Assembly: GCA_050951805.1 (NCBI GenBank) | Contig: JBMNJT010000002.1 | Span: 1 to 64,000, forward strand | Length of the DNA: 64,000 nt | Direction of reading: 5' to 3' | Origin: Bacillota bacterium | GTDB lineage: Bacteria; Bacillota; DTU025 | Part shown: positions 32,260-43,026 of the stretch, piece after piece | How positions within the stretch are numbered: the stretch's first letter is position 1 | Layout: the number at the start of each line of letters is the position of its first letter | Notes under the pieces: model-generated | Seen by the model: the letters and a program-made list of their open reading frames with translations, nothing else | What the model was told of the DNA's origin: nothing | Database searches by the model: none | Program-made: the position numbers and the translations under genes

Positions 32260-35200
32260 ATGAAATATTTGGCGAATGCTATAGCCGACTACATATTGAG
32301 GAATGTGGATCGGAATTCAGGGACTCTTAGATTCGTGCTTCCCTCCTACCCGGCTGAGGTCTTGCTAGAAATAGGGCGGAAAGTCGATGAAGGGATCCAA
32401 CGGCGGCTGGATCGCAATATTGGTTATGAATATGGAATAGCCTATAGACTTGGCAAGGAATGGGCGGCAGGTACAAGAGCTGACAAAGCATGCTTTGAGC
32501 AGATTCAAGAAAAAGGTTGGTATAACAAACAGAACAATCTTACAAGCCTACGAAATATTGTAAAACCCGACGACGTGGATTGCCTTGTGATTCTCCTGGC
32601 CGGTTATACCGATGTTGACGATCAGGCTAGCTTGAAGGACTTTTTCCACCTAGATCAAGATGATGTATGGGATATGTGCTTGCGCCAGTCCTTCGCGGGC
32701 TGGGTAAGGGATTGTGTTCGGGGGCACATTAACATGGATGACGCCGAGCACGATATAGAAGCAATATGTAACGTCTTGGAGGGACTTTGCAATAACGGCT
32801 TGGCTCACGTGCTTGATATAAGCAATTTCCTTGAAAGTCTAGATTTCTCATCAGCACGCGATGGGCACGATGCTTACAGAATAGTATTGCAGGGACTCCC
32901 ATTCTTCGGATTGCCTCAAATGGATGGACTTGCTCACAAGCCGCTGTCAAGACGCAATTTCGGTAGATATGTTGCTCCCGCACAAGAGTTCCTTAACTAT
33001 AGCATGTTCATTGATGAGAAGAAGAGAGAAACGGCTAGAATAAGCATTGATGGGTTTAGGCAACAAGTTGCCAACGGGATGTCTGATGTAGATATAAGTG
33101 TATTAGGGCCTTTTGCAACGGAGGAAAAACCCCTGGATGAATTCCTGAATGCTCTTGAGGATTATGTTGATAATAGGTCCGAAACCGCTCGCGCCAAGCT
33201 CGCAGGGGTTGATTTCCTATATGTATATGAGAAGGTACTCGGATATAAGCCACCCTCTCCCGGAGGTAAAGAACCGGCTATACCCAGAACCAGGAAACTG
33301 GCTGGGCTGCCGCCTGAGGTTTTTCTACATGGGTTATGGCTAACTTTTGCTGATTTCGAGAAGGCTAATAATGGAGTTGGTATTGATAGCGTCTCTGCAG
33401 TGGTGCTCGAAAGCATAGAGTTCAGATACGATTATGACGCTAGTGATGATGAGAACCATTGTGAATTGGCAAAGCTGTTCATGCGACGAGTGTTAGGCGG
33501 AATAGATGATTTTCTAGAGGACCAGCTTCGCCTTGGTGTTGGGGCGGACGATGCGAGTATTGCTGTAACATCCCGTCTTGAGCCGGATACAGAAGATGCT
33601 AGTCGGTTGTCTTATAGAAAGCACAACAATGCTGAGCCTTATTTGAAATTCCAGGTTTCCATTTTCACGCATGGCAATGACAAGCCATTTATTCGTGACT
33701 TTCGTTGGGCTTTGCCGGAGTACCATCAGAGCCGATTGTTGATAGATCTCTATGATTGGGCCTATGCGAAATGTCGTGTCGCAGGTGATGCACTGCCGAT
33801 TTTTGCAGTGCCCTATATGAGCGAGATTTTCATGGCTAGCGACGAGGAAACGATAAATCATATTATGGGCAGAGCATTGCAGGAAAATAGACGGCTTGCG
33901 GCGGAACTTCACGCTGCAACTAACTTCAGGCAATACGAGTATACAGATAAGGTGCTTCCTCTTCTCGGAGGATTATCCGCATGTTATCAGGAGTTCATCG
34001 AACAGGTACTTACATGCGGGTTTTTCAATGCTCTCCATAGCAAGTATTATGTTCTTCGAGACAACTATTGCAGAGTACTGGAAACATATATTGAAACAAG
34101 CGATTGTAGTATCTCTGGCCCGTTGCTAATGAAGGCTTTCATGCTTGTTTCCGATAACAACTTGGATATGTCGGCATTGCTCCGGAACGATATCCTAGAG
34201 GCTGGTATCGTTACACCTCTACATCCGGCACTACTGGAAATGATCTTATATCAACATGTCTTTCTATGCGAAAGCTTTTGCTACTATTTCAACGAGAAAT
34301 TGAAAGAACCGAGCGCCAAGCTGTTTACGGGCCGGCGCTGGGAACGTGCGGTTGAACTGTCAACAATGCGATGGCCAGTATTTGGAACAATCGGGGCAAA
34401 CAGGTCTCTTGACACTCACGTTAATTCCTATGGCTACGTGCATCTGGTTGGTCATCCTAGGGGCGATTCGCTATCGATCGGTTCAACGCTGCTTCTGCAA
34501 GATAAAGATGTCGATGAAGATGAGGAGATTACAGATACGGACCTGTTTGGCGAAACTATGTCATCAAGGCTGATTAAACGTACTCTCCTCGACTATAGAC
34601 AGGTGCACGAGCACGCAGATGATGGAATAAGTATAGGGGTTTACTGTGGTGGAGACATGCAGCCGATCATTGCGGGAATCGACTCATATCTTTCGGAGGT
34701 CATTACGAAAGAGCGCGGAAACAGGTTGTATTCACTCAAGTTGACTGTATTTTCAGACAGTGTGCATGACGCAACATTCTTACGGTGGGTAGACGCTTGG
34801 AAGGAACGTTGGCAACAGGCCGAACTGTCTCAGGCAAAACGGCACTACACGAACTGCAGAATATCCATTTCATACCAGGTTACCTCAAGCAAAGATGATT
34901 TTAAGCAGCTTGAAGACCTAGTCGAAAGGACGCCCCTAGATGTAATGGTATTCTTGAATTTCATACCCCCCGACTTGAGCGAATTCAAGCTTATCGGAGA
35001 AGACGATTTTATTGAGGCCGGATATCAGAAATTCCCTATCCTTGAGAAGATTTATTGCCGTGTTGACGATGGAGGGATGGATAGCCAACGTCGCAGGATC
35101 TTGAGCAACCACCGTTTTAGGTTAGGCGCTCTGCACGCCGAAGCCATGGCTCGAATACTGACAGGACCTCGAAGTTTGAAGCAGAAACATGCAGTCATTT

Positions 35201-37551
35201 GGAGGTCTGATTACAGCCGAGTGGAAAGAACTGTAGACGCTGCACATAGGTGTAGCGCGTGGGTCGTATGCATAGATCCATGTATGGATGAGCAGTTGCT
35301 AAAGAAACCGTACGAATCGGGTTTGTCCCGTGACATAATTGGCTTTGGCTCAGGTGTTGGGGCACATGGCGAAAGCAACTACACGATATCTACCGAGCAG
35401 TTCTACTTGTCCGACATATCAGAGAAGATTGGTTCACAGGTATCCGCAATATTTACCCCAATAGACAGTGAAAGCGCCGATCGAATTGCTAAGAGTCTAA
35501 TGCAGGATGCACAGCACATAGGGGGACTTTCAGTGGTGAAGGCCACAGGACCATCAGATTATGTGAGAGATTACATGGCCTATTCCATGATGAGAAAGCT
35601 TCTGCCCAAGAATGACAGTGCGTTTTGCGATGAAATGATATCTTTGGACGCTGTTTGGCACTGGTTTGATGACGCAGAAGATCGAAAACGTCCCGATCTA
35701 CTTAGACTTCACGCTAACGTAGTGGACGGTTACTTCGATATTGAGGCACAGATTATCGAATGCAAGCTTGCAGCACATTCCGAAAAGTATCTCGTCGATG
35801 CACGGCAACAGATTGAAAATGGCATGAGGCAACTTTCTGCCCATTTTCGTCCTCGAGAAAGTGATAGACCTATGGGGACTGCTGATAGGCCTCCCGACCA
35901 GAGATTCTGGTGGATGCAGCTTCACCGTTTGATTGCTAGTCGAGGCATGGCAAGCCCACAAGACTATAATGAAGCTCTGCTAGCTCTTGAACGTCTGAGT
36001 GAGGGATACTTCGACATTACGTGGCAAGCGGCAGCGGTAGCATTTTGGACCGATATGGATACTGAGACCATTACGTGTACGCCTTCATGGGAAATAGGCT
36101 TATGCGATGACGAACGACTAACCGTGTCTGTCGCTACTGCAGGTAAAGGATTTTTTAAGAAAGTATGTATGGACAATATCCGCGGGCCAGTATTCTGCGA
36201 CGACAGCAGCATTACTTTTAGATTCGCGCGACCAATAAGCAACCGTGGTCAAAAGGGTAATGCATATGAAGCTCAGGAATTCTCTGAAGCAATAGCAGCG
36301 GCCACTGTGCCTGCTGTTGCAGACCGAGCGGCACCAGAACCCTCTATGTCGTCTCAAGGGACCTTGGAAATACCGCTGGATGATGGTGAGCAGGAGCGAC
36401 AGCTTTCCGAAGTACCTGATCGGATACTGCTTGGTAGATTCACGTCAGGTTATAGAGAAATCTATTGGGAGTTTGGTCATCCGGAGCTATTGAATCGACA
36501 TATAGTGATCTTTGGTTCCTCTGGCTCAGGCAAGACCTATACCATTCAAGCGCTGCTATTGGAACTTGCCAAAGCAGGTCAGAATAGCTTAATAGTTGAT
36601 TATACAAATGGGTTTACTGCGGGGCAGCTAGAGCCGATCATTGTGGACAAGCTTTCTCCGACTCAACATGTGGTGAGACAGGAACCCCTGCCGATAAATC
36701 CCTTCCGCCGACAGTGTGACTACATTGATGACCAGCCGTTGCCTGAAACTCCAGCTGGAGTGGCCAGACGGGTTACCGATCTGTTTGCGAGTGTGTATCA
36801 AATAGGGGATCAACAGCGTTCTGCGCTCTATACGGCCATACGAGATGGAATAGATGAAAAGGGAGACAGCTTTACGCTGGAGGATTTGGTCAGCACCTTG
36901 GAAGAGATCCAGTATGGGAAGGGACCAACTTCAATACCAGCGGCAACGCTTGTCAGCAAGATGAGGCCTTTTGTGGACATGAATCCATTTGGCAGGGAGG
37001 ACAAAGATAGCTGGGAGAGACTATTTACGGATACTGAATCAAGATGCCACATAGTTCAATTGATGGGATTTCCTAAAGATAGCGCTCGGCTGATCACGGA
37101 ATTTTGCTTGTCCGATTTCTACTGGTATTACCGGGCCAATGGGAACAAAGATTGTCCAAGAGTGGTAGTGCTTGATGAAATCCAGAATCTTAACCACAGC
37201 CTTGACAGTCCAATAAGTCAGTTGCTCACTGAAGGCCGTAAATTCGGAGTTTCACTCATATTAGCCACACAGACCATGAGCAACCTCGGAAAAGATGAAA
37301 GGGACAGACTTTTTCAGGCTAGTCACAAGCTTTTCTTTAAGCCGGCGGACACGGAAGTCAGGTCTTTTGCTCAGATACTTGCTGATTCAGATTCCACGAA
37401 GACTTCACAAAGTGAATGGGTGGAACGGCTATCTTCGCTGAAACTGGGCGAATGCTACTCGCTTGGTCCCGCCTCGAGTGAGCCAATACAGAAACTAGAA
37501 GTAGGTAAGAGCTTCAGGATCCGCGTGACAGCGTTGGATGAAAGACTTTAG
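32260..37551 (+). CDS. Large PD-(D/E)XK nuclease + HerA/FtsK-like ATPase (SspH/DndH/MAD8-like)
   Basis: 1763 aa; RPDLL...IIECK nuclease motif; NRHIVIFGSSGSGKT, VVLDEIQN and EGRKFGVSLILATQ HerA motifs. Confidence 0.82.
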   Translation: MKYLANAIADYILRNVDRNSGTLRFVLPSYPAEVLLEIGRKVDEGIQRRLDRNIGYEYGIAYRLGKEWAAGTRADKACFEQIQEKGWYNKQNNLTSLRNIVKPDDVDCLVILLAGYTDVDDQASLKDFFHLDQDDVWDMCLRQSFAGWVRDCVRGHINMDDAEHDIEAICNVLEGLCNNGLAHVLDISNFLESLDFSSARDGHDAYRIVLQGLPFFGLPQMDGLAHKPLSRRNFGRYVAPAQEFLNYSMFIDEKKRETARISIDGFRQQVANGMSDVDISVLGPFATEEKPLDEFLNALEDYVDNRSETARAKLAGVDFLYVYEKVLGYKPPSPGGKEPAIPRTRKLAGLPPEVFLHGLWLTFADFEKANNGVGIDSVSAVVLESIEFRYDYDASDDENHCELAKLFMRRVLGGIDDFLEDQLRLGVGADDASIAVTSRLEPDTEDASRLSYRKHNNAEPYLKFQVSIFTHGNDKPFIRDFRWALPEYHQSRLLIDLYDWAYAKCRVAGDALPIFAVPYMSEIFMASDEETINHIMGRALQENRRLAAELHAATNFRQYEYTDKVLPLLGGLSACYQEFIEQVLTCGFFNALHSKYYVLRDNYCRVLETYIETSDCSISGPLLMKAFMLVSDNNLDMSALLRNDILEAGIVTPLHPALLEMILYQHVFLCESFCYYFNEKLKEPSAKLFTGRRWERAVELSTMRWPVFGTIGANRSLDTHVNSYGYVHLVGHPRGDSLSIGSTLLLQDKDVDEDEEITDTDLFGETMSSRLIKRTLLDYRQVHEHADDGISIGVYCGGDMQPIIAGIDSYLSEVITKERGNRLYSLKLTVFSDSVHDATFLRWVDAWKERWQQAELSQAKRHYTNCRISISYQVTSSKDDFKQLEDLVERTPLDVMVFLNFIPPDLSEFKLIGEDDFIEAGYQKFPILEKIYCRVDDGGMDSQRRRILSNHRFRLGALHAEAMARILTGPRSLKQKHAVIWRSDYSRVERTVDAAHRCSAWVVCIDPCMDEQLLKKPYESGLSRDIIGFGSGVGAHGESNYTISTEQFYLSDISEKIGSQVSAIFTPIDSESADRIAKSLMQDAQHIGGLSVVKATGPSDYVRDYMAYSMMRKLLPKNDSAFCDEMISLDAVWHWFDDAEDRKRPDLLRLHANVVDGYFDIEAQIIECKLAAHSEKYLVDARQQIENGMRQLSAHFRPRESDRPMGTADRPPDQRFWWMQLHRLIASRGMASPQDYNEALLALERLSEGYFDITWQAAAVAFWTDMDTETITCTPSWEIGLCDDERLTVSVATAGKGFFKKVCMDNIRGPVFCDDSSITFRFARPISNRGQKGNAYEAQEFSEAIAAATVPAVADRAAPEPSMSSQGTLEIPLDDGEQERQLSEVPDRILLGRFTSGYREIYWEFGHPELLNRHIVIFGSSGSGKTYTIQALLLELAKAGQNSLIVDYTNGFTAGQLEPIIVDKLSPTQHVVRQEPLPINPFRRQCDYIDDQPLPETPAGVARRVTDLFASVYQIGDQQRSALYTAIRDGIDEKGDSFTLEDLVSTLEEIQYGKGPTSIPAATLVSKMRPFVDMNPFGREDKDSWERLFTDTESRCHIVQLMGFPKDSARLITEFCLSDFYWYYRANGNKDCPRVVVLDEIQNLNHSLDSPISQLLTEGRKFGVSLILATQTMSNLGKDERDRLFQASHKLFFKPADTEVRSFAQILADSDSTKTSQSEWVERLSSLKLGECYSLGPASSEPIQKLEVGKSFRIRVTALDERL

Positions 37552-37565
37552 GGGGTACGTAGAGC

Positions 37566-38393
37566 TTGCTACCTGTTAATTTCCATCAGACATTCATACC
37601 CGAAAGGCGCTATATAGCGTCTCTTCTTCAATATGCTGCTTTGGGTGATCAAGGCACGTTGCAGGAAATAGCAGAGGATACTGGCATACCAATGGGCGAA
37701 TCGTCTGGTAAACTCGCTGCAACGATAGACTATGCTACGGGCATGGGGCTAATATGTATCGAAAGTGCGGCCGACCGATCAGTGAAGAGGCCTATACTTA
37801 CCGCCTTTGGGCATGTAGTTTATGCTGAGGACAAGTTTCTGGGTGAACAGATGGCGCAGTGGTTAGCCCATATGAATCTGTGTTCTTCGCTGATAGGTGC
37901 GACAGCTTGGCACGAAGTGTTCGCAAAAGGTCGCAGGCTCTTGGGCATTAGCTTTACCAGAGATCAGCTGGAAGATTACCTTGTTAGGATATATGGACCA
38001 ACCAAGACCAGAACGAGGACGGGTCCACTGCTGCTCACATACCAAGAGGATGAAGCGTTAGGACGAAGTGGCGTGTTAACGGTGGACGAAGATACAGTCA
38101 CTAGGCATAAGGCTCCAATCATGGACGAGTATGCCATACCGTATTCCGCGTATGTGCTTCAATTACTCGAAACACATTTCCCAGGTCAGAATCAGATCAC
38201 GTTGACTGACTTCGCAGATAGCACCTTGTGGTTTGATATCTGTCTTTGGAACGAGATGGATGTTGAAGATGTAATGAGAGTTATTGAGAGCAAAGGTCTT
38301 GTTTCTGTGGATCGCCAGATGCAGCCGTGGATAATTGAGAAAAGAGCCGATGCAGATCGAGTGTGGTCCCTCATATACTCTGAGATTGTGTAA
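37566..38393 (+). CDS. Divergent DUF4007-like protein (second SspB-like gene)
   Basis: FHQTF (cf. HETF) and LTAFG..V...DKFL...AQWLAHMNL (cf. TKLG..LF...DPYL...SLWLLHWQL). Confidence 0.65.
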   Translation: MLPVNFHQTFIPERRYIASLLQYAALGDQGTLQEIAEDTGIPMGESSGKLAATIDYATGMGLICIESAADRSVKRPILTAFGHVVYAEDKFLGEQMAQWLAHMNLCSSLIGATAWHEVFAKGRRLLGISFTRDQLEDYLVRIYGPTKTRTRTGPLLLTYQEDEALGRSGVLTVDEDTVTRHKAPIMDEYAIPYSAYVLQLLETHFPGQNQITLTDFADSTLWFDICLWNEMDVEDVMRVIESKGLVSVDRQMQPWIIEKRADADRVWSLIYSEIV

Positions 38394-38402
38394 CGAAGGA
38401 GA

Positions 38403-41400
38403 ATGCCCAATATGAAGCTCTCGGATATTGTACGCTTTAGGAAGGATCTCCTTTTTGAGGGAGCGGTCCAGTTAGGATGGTTCCAAGAGGACAGGAATCT
38501 AGCAAACAAAGCCGCTGAGCACTATGTGTTCCATGGCCCGCAGTATCACGGAGTTACTGAAGGCGATCTTGATGATATCGGCCCTAGCCTTGTAGATACT
38601 GCTACATTCACGCTCGATATTCTCGAACGCATCACTGGCCAGACAGGTGACGAGCCATTCACAATGGCCATAGCAGGATACGGAACGGGAAAATCCCATC
38701 TTGCCATAACCCTCGCCTGCCTACTTAGTGACCCCAACTCTTCTGTGGCAGACAAGATTCTTGATAATATTAGCATGGCTGATGTCGAAATAGGTAGAGA
38801 GGCACGCCATATACTGAACAGTTCAGATCAGCCATTTTTAGTGGTTCCACTAAACGGAATGCAGGACTTTGACCTGAGTGCAGAAATAGTCCGACAGGTG
38901 CTACATGCTCTTACTGAAAACGGTTTGGATACTGCGCCTCTTGAAGACCTGCGGCCTCGGTTTAGAACTGCAGCCAACTTCACGGAATCGTTTTTTGATG
39001 CATTGGCAGATGATTTCGCGATTGCCTTTGGACGATCGTGTGACAAGCGCAAGATAATTGCTGATTTGAAAGCTCAAGATGAGGAGACATTCAGCAAAGT
39101 TAACGATATCTATCGGGAGAAAATGGGTTCGACGATACGCGCCGTTGGCCACGAGTCGCTTCATGATTTTATCCGTGTTGCAAAAGAGACATATTGTGGT
39201 CCTGGAAGACCTTTTCGCGGCATAGTGATCATTTTTGATGAATTCGGGCGTTATCTGGAGTTTTCTGTGCAAAAGCGTCACATTGCGGGTTCGGGTGCTC
39301 TACAACAGTTGTTCGAGTGTGTCCAGGCAAATGATGACGGTGTCTTCCTGTTATGCTTTATCCAGTATGAATTGAAGGCATATATATCTCGTATTGCGCC
39401 TGAATTACGTGAGGATCTAAACCGTTATGTGACTCGTTACGATGCTGTACGTAAGGTACGGTTGTCTACCAATATGGAGACTTTGATAGCGAATCTCCTT
39501 GAAAAAAAGGACCGAGAGGCACTAGATGAGCAGATTAATGGTTTTTCGGTAGCCCCAAAAATCATTCAGGCGTCGATGCAGCGCTGGTTCCCTGACATGA
39601 CGAATCATGCTCTGTGGTTGGACGAGGATAGGTTTAGTCGAATTATCTGTAGGGGATGTTGGCCGCTCCATCCTTGTTCAACATGGGCCCTCTATAGGCT
39701 TACTGCTATTGGCAAGTCACTGCAACAGCGCTCGGCGCTATCTTTACTTGCAGACGTGTACCAGCATTTTAAAGACGAAGATGTCACTCTGGGGATGACA
39801 ATAGACCTTGTGGATCTGTGTAATGAGGGCCTAATAAACGAATTCCTCGCTTCAGAGAGATACGGGCAGCAGGGGGCTACTGCACATGGATATGAGACTG
39901 TCCTGGAGAGATATAGGAATGCACTGTCAGAAGATGAAAAGCGCGTACTGAAAGGAGTGCTCGTTTCAGCTAAAATCGGCATGAAGGCTGATTCAAAGGA
40001 AGAGTATATCCAAGCCTTGTCGATGTTTTCTGGTTTAGGGATGATGGCGGTAGAGACTGCCATACGTTCCTTGGAAGGCGAATATGCGGTGCTGGAATGG
40101 AACGATCTTCTTAACCAGTACGAAATTGCAGGAGATGCTATTCCCAGAAAGACATTCTTAGCTCAACTAAAGGAAAGAACATCGGATATTGATTCTGCTA
40201 GACGTGCAAGCATTTTCACTCAGAAGCTGTCTGCCTGGGGGATAGTAAGCGACACATACTATACAGATTTTGGTAGCGCAAACAACATAACTACAAATGA
40301 ATGGAATTATAGAATTCACTTAGCTGATGTCTCTATCATTGATGAACAGATCAATTTCGCCATACATACATGGCGTGAATCAATAGCAGTGGACATATCA
40401 AAAGGTCAGCTAATATACTGCTACGTGGGGCCTGAAAGCAATATTGAGACTGTGAAGGAAAATGCACTAAGGAGAATCTGGGCAGCTGCTGAAGAGAATG
40501 GTCTTGATGTAGAGAATGGGTTGCCTCTTGCAGTGTTGTTCTTGTATGACGAAGATGGAACATTCGGCCAGAAACTTGCAGAACTATGGGTTTTGGATGA
40601 GCAAGAGCGAGAGACGGAATCTCAGAAGTACATGCATTTTGTGCTTGACAGAAAGAGAAGCCTAGAGCAAGAGATACGGAATCAGTTTTCAAAACTGCAG
40701 AGGGAGCAACATATAGTGCTTGGCACGAATAGAGAAATATCTGGCTCGAAGATCAAAGATATTCTCGATCAGCTTTTTGATGAAGTATATCCAAAACGGA
40801 TACCATTTCCTTTTGATGGATTTTCTACAACTCGTGGCAATGCTGCAAGAGATAGCGGATCTTTCACTAGACAGTTGTTTTTGGGGACTTTGGATCGTGA
40901 TTGGATAGCTGCACAGAGCAAGCAACAGCGAAATCGTGCCTTTGAAGTATTGGAGAGAGCATGGGGCCTTATTGGCTGCGATGGGGCGTTACGGAGGATA
41001 CCGCTAGATGAGAGTGTGCGCCACTTCATTGATGTTCTTGGCCAAAGCCTTGTTGCCGAAGAGGATGATCCCTATGGAGCAATGACTATGGGAGAGGCAC
41101 TACATATGTTGTGCATGCCGCCTTATGGATGCAATATTGCGTCTGCGGGCTTACTACTAGCGTACTTCATAGGAAGCCGGAAAGATGAAGTGCAGTTGTA
41201 CCTCCATAACCAGGCCACAAGCACTGAGAAATGGCTAGAGACTGCAATGCCTCAGCCATTTCCTGTCCATACCTGCTCTGGAAGCGACCAATGTGGTTCG
41301 GAGTCCCCGGAGAGAGCCTGTCAGAATGGGAAACGCTATTAGAGCAATGGGAATTAGAGGATTCGCTCAGTGGCAAGGTAGACTTCCTAAGGAAAGAACG

Positions 41401-42734
41401 AGATTTGGGGAGACGCATCCCAATACCGCAGCAACTATACTACAAACGCGACTCCCTGAGGAAGGAATCCCGCTCTGCTGAAAGCGAGCTTAGGCAAGTG
41501 GAAACTGACTTCGACCGGGCTCTAGAAAAAATACAACAAGGAATAGAGCGCGACGACGTATCTCTGCTTTCATGGGGAGCTGCAGACTTGAAAGACATTC
41601 ATAGAAAAATGATTATTGAACCGGAAAAGTGGACAGGCGAGCAGATACAGAAGGTAGAAGCTTGCCTTGCAGAGTCTAAGCAGGAGACATGCAATAGGTT
41701 TGATAGGTGGCTACCCATACAGAAAGTGGTTCGTGTCGAAGATTTGGGTCGCTTCAAACATACGATGCTCACCCACGTGGGAGGTAATTTGTCCAAACTA
41801 GGGTTGGAGGAGCAAGAACAGCGGTTGGAGCGCCATGTGGAGTGGATAGAGGAACAGGTGGAATTCCTGGCCGAGATTCACAGAACAACAACTGATATTG
41901 AGAACATGATTCTCTCGAATGTAGTAACTGCTGCCGCAAAGGTTTCTGTGCTCAATGATTGGCTGAGGCAGGCGGAAGGGTTGGCCGGACGGTTGGATGC
42001 AGCACGTCAACGAGCGGACTTCGATAGGGACGCGCTTGATAAGCGCAGCAAAGAAGCTTAGGGATTTCAAACGGGCCTGCGAGGACCAACTTAGTATGCA
42101 CAGACAGCGGGCAGCCAATGTATATGATACTAGGGAGATTGCCTCGTTGAGCGACATAGCCAATTGGCGGAACGAAGTTACGGACCTGTTGCGAGTATTT
42201 GAAGGCCAGGAATTGGATGTTGAGGACTTGAAAGCCGTTCAGACACAATTGCATCTAGTCGAAATGCATTACGAGTCTCTTACCGATAGTTCTCTGGACG
42301 ATGCGGGATTTGAAGCTTTGCTACACCAATGTAAAGCCGAGAATAACAGAGCCTTCGCTGGTGACGTTCCGCCATTGGATAATGAACGAATATATGAAAG
42401 CATCGCGGAGTCCATTGGTGACAAGAGGCATCGCACCGCAGCAAACTGGATGAAAGTCAACCTTCCTAGCATGGAAGACATAGAGCAGGCAGATGCATCC
42501 ACTGTTGTTGCATACAGGACGAGACTGCATAACATGCCCCTTTTGCTGTCGGAGCGCCAGATAGAGGAAGTAAACAGGTCGCTGGAAGCATGTGCAAGCC
42601 GTATTGACGAGCTGGAGGTAGAAGGGGCATTGGCGCTCTTTAGCGCATTGTCTGATGAGAATAAGATAGTCTTCATAAGGGAGATTTCTCATTACATAGA
42701 CAAGCGCTATGCTGCCCATATGCACTTGTCTTGA
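38403..42734 (+). CDS. Second large SspC/BrxC-like ATPase with long helical/coiled-coil tail (~1440 aa; frameshifts near 41250-41305 and 42050)
   Basis: GYGTGKSH, IIFDEFGRYLE, WPLHP, QQRSAL and PPYG motifs parallel those of the first ATPase; three overlapping ORFs. Confidence 0.75.
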
Positions 42735-43026
42735 AATCAAGTTGATGTCAACGGGCTAGAAACCCTGTCGGTATTTACCTAATGCGTTGGAGAAATGAAA
42801 AGACTTTTGGTGTGCTGCTTCACGTCGACGATTAGCCTGTTGTGCATTTAAACTGCAACAATTGTATATTTGTCGCCGGCCAATGGAGGATATCTGTTGG
42901 CCTTTGTGCTATTTATCAGTACAGATGCGGTATGGATGGATTATCCAAAGAAGAACTGATTGACAGTCTTACTTCTGCGACACGGGCTTGGCTAGGCCAG
43001 AATGTGGGATCATGCAAAGGAGTGGA

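Noticed and set aside
21291-42734. Calling the island BREX (type 2 or 4) or canonical MADS
   Set aside because: No PglZ, PglX, BrxL or methyltransferase/HsdS genes were seen; only the kinase and ATPase modules resemble those systems.
42932-43026. Small ORF (MDGLSKEELIDSL...) apparently interrupted by IS256
   Set aside because: The rejoined frame has no recognisable domain and overlaps the HAMP gene in another frame; it cannot be supported.
20630-43026. Integrative element (ICE or prophage) carrying the defence operon
   Set aside because: No integrase, tRNA target, att direct repeats, or conjugation/phage genes were found in the window.
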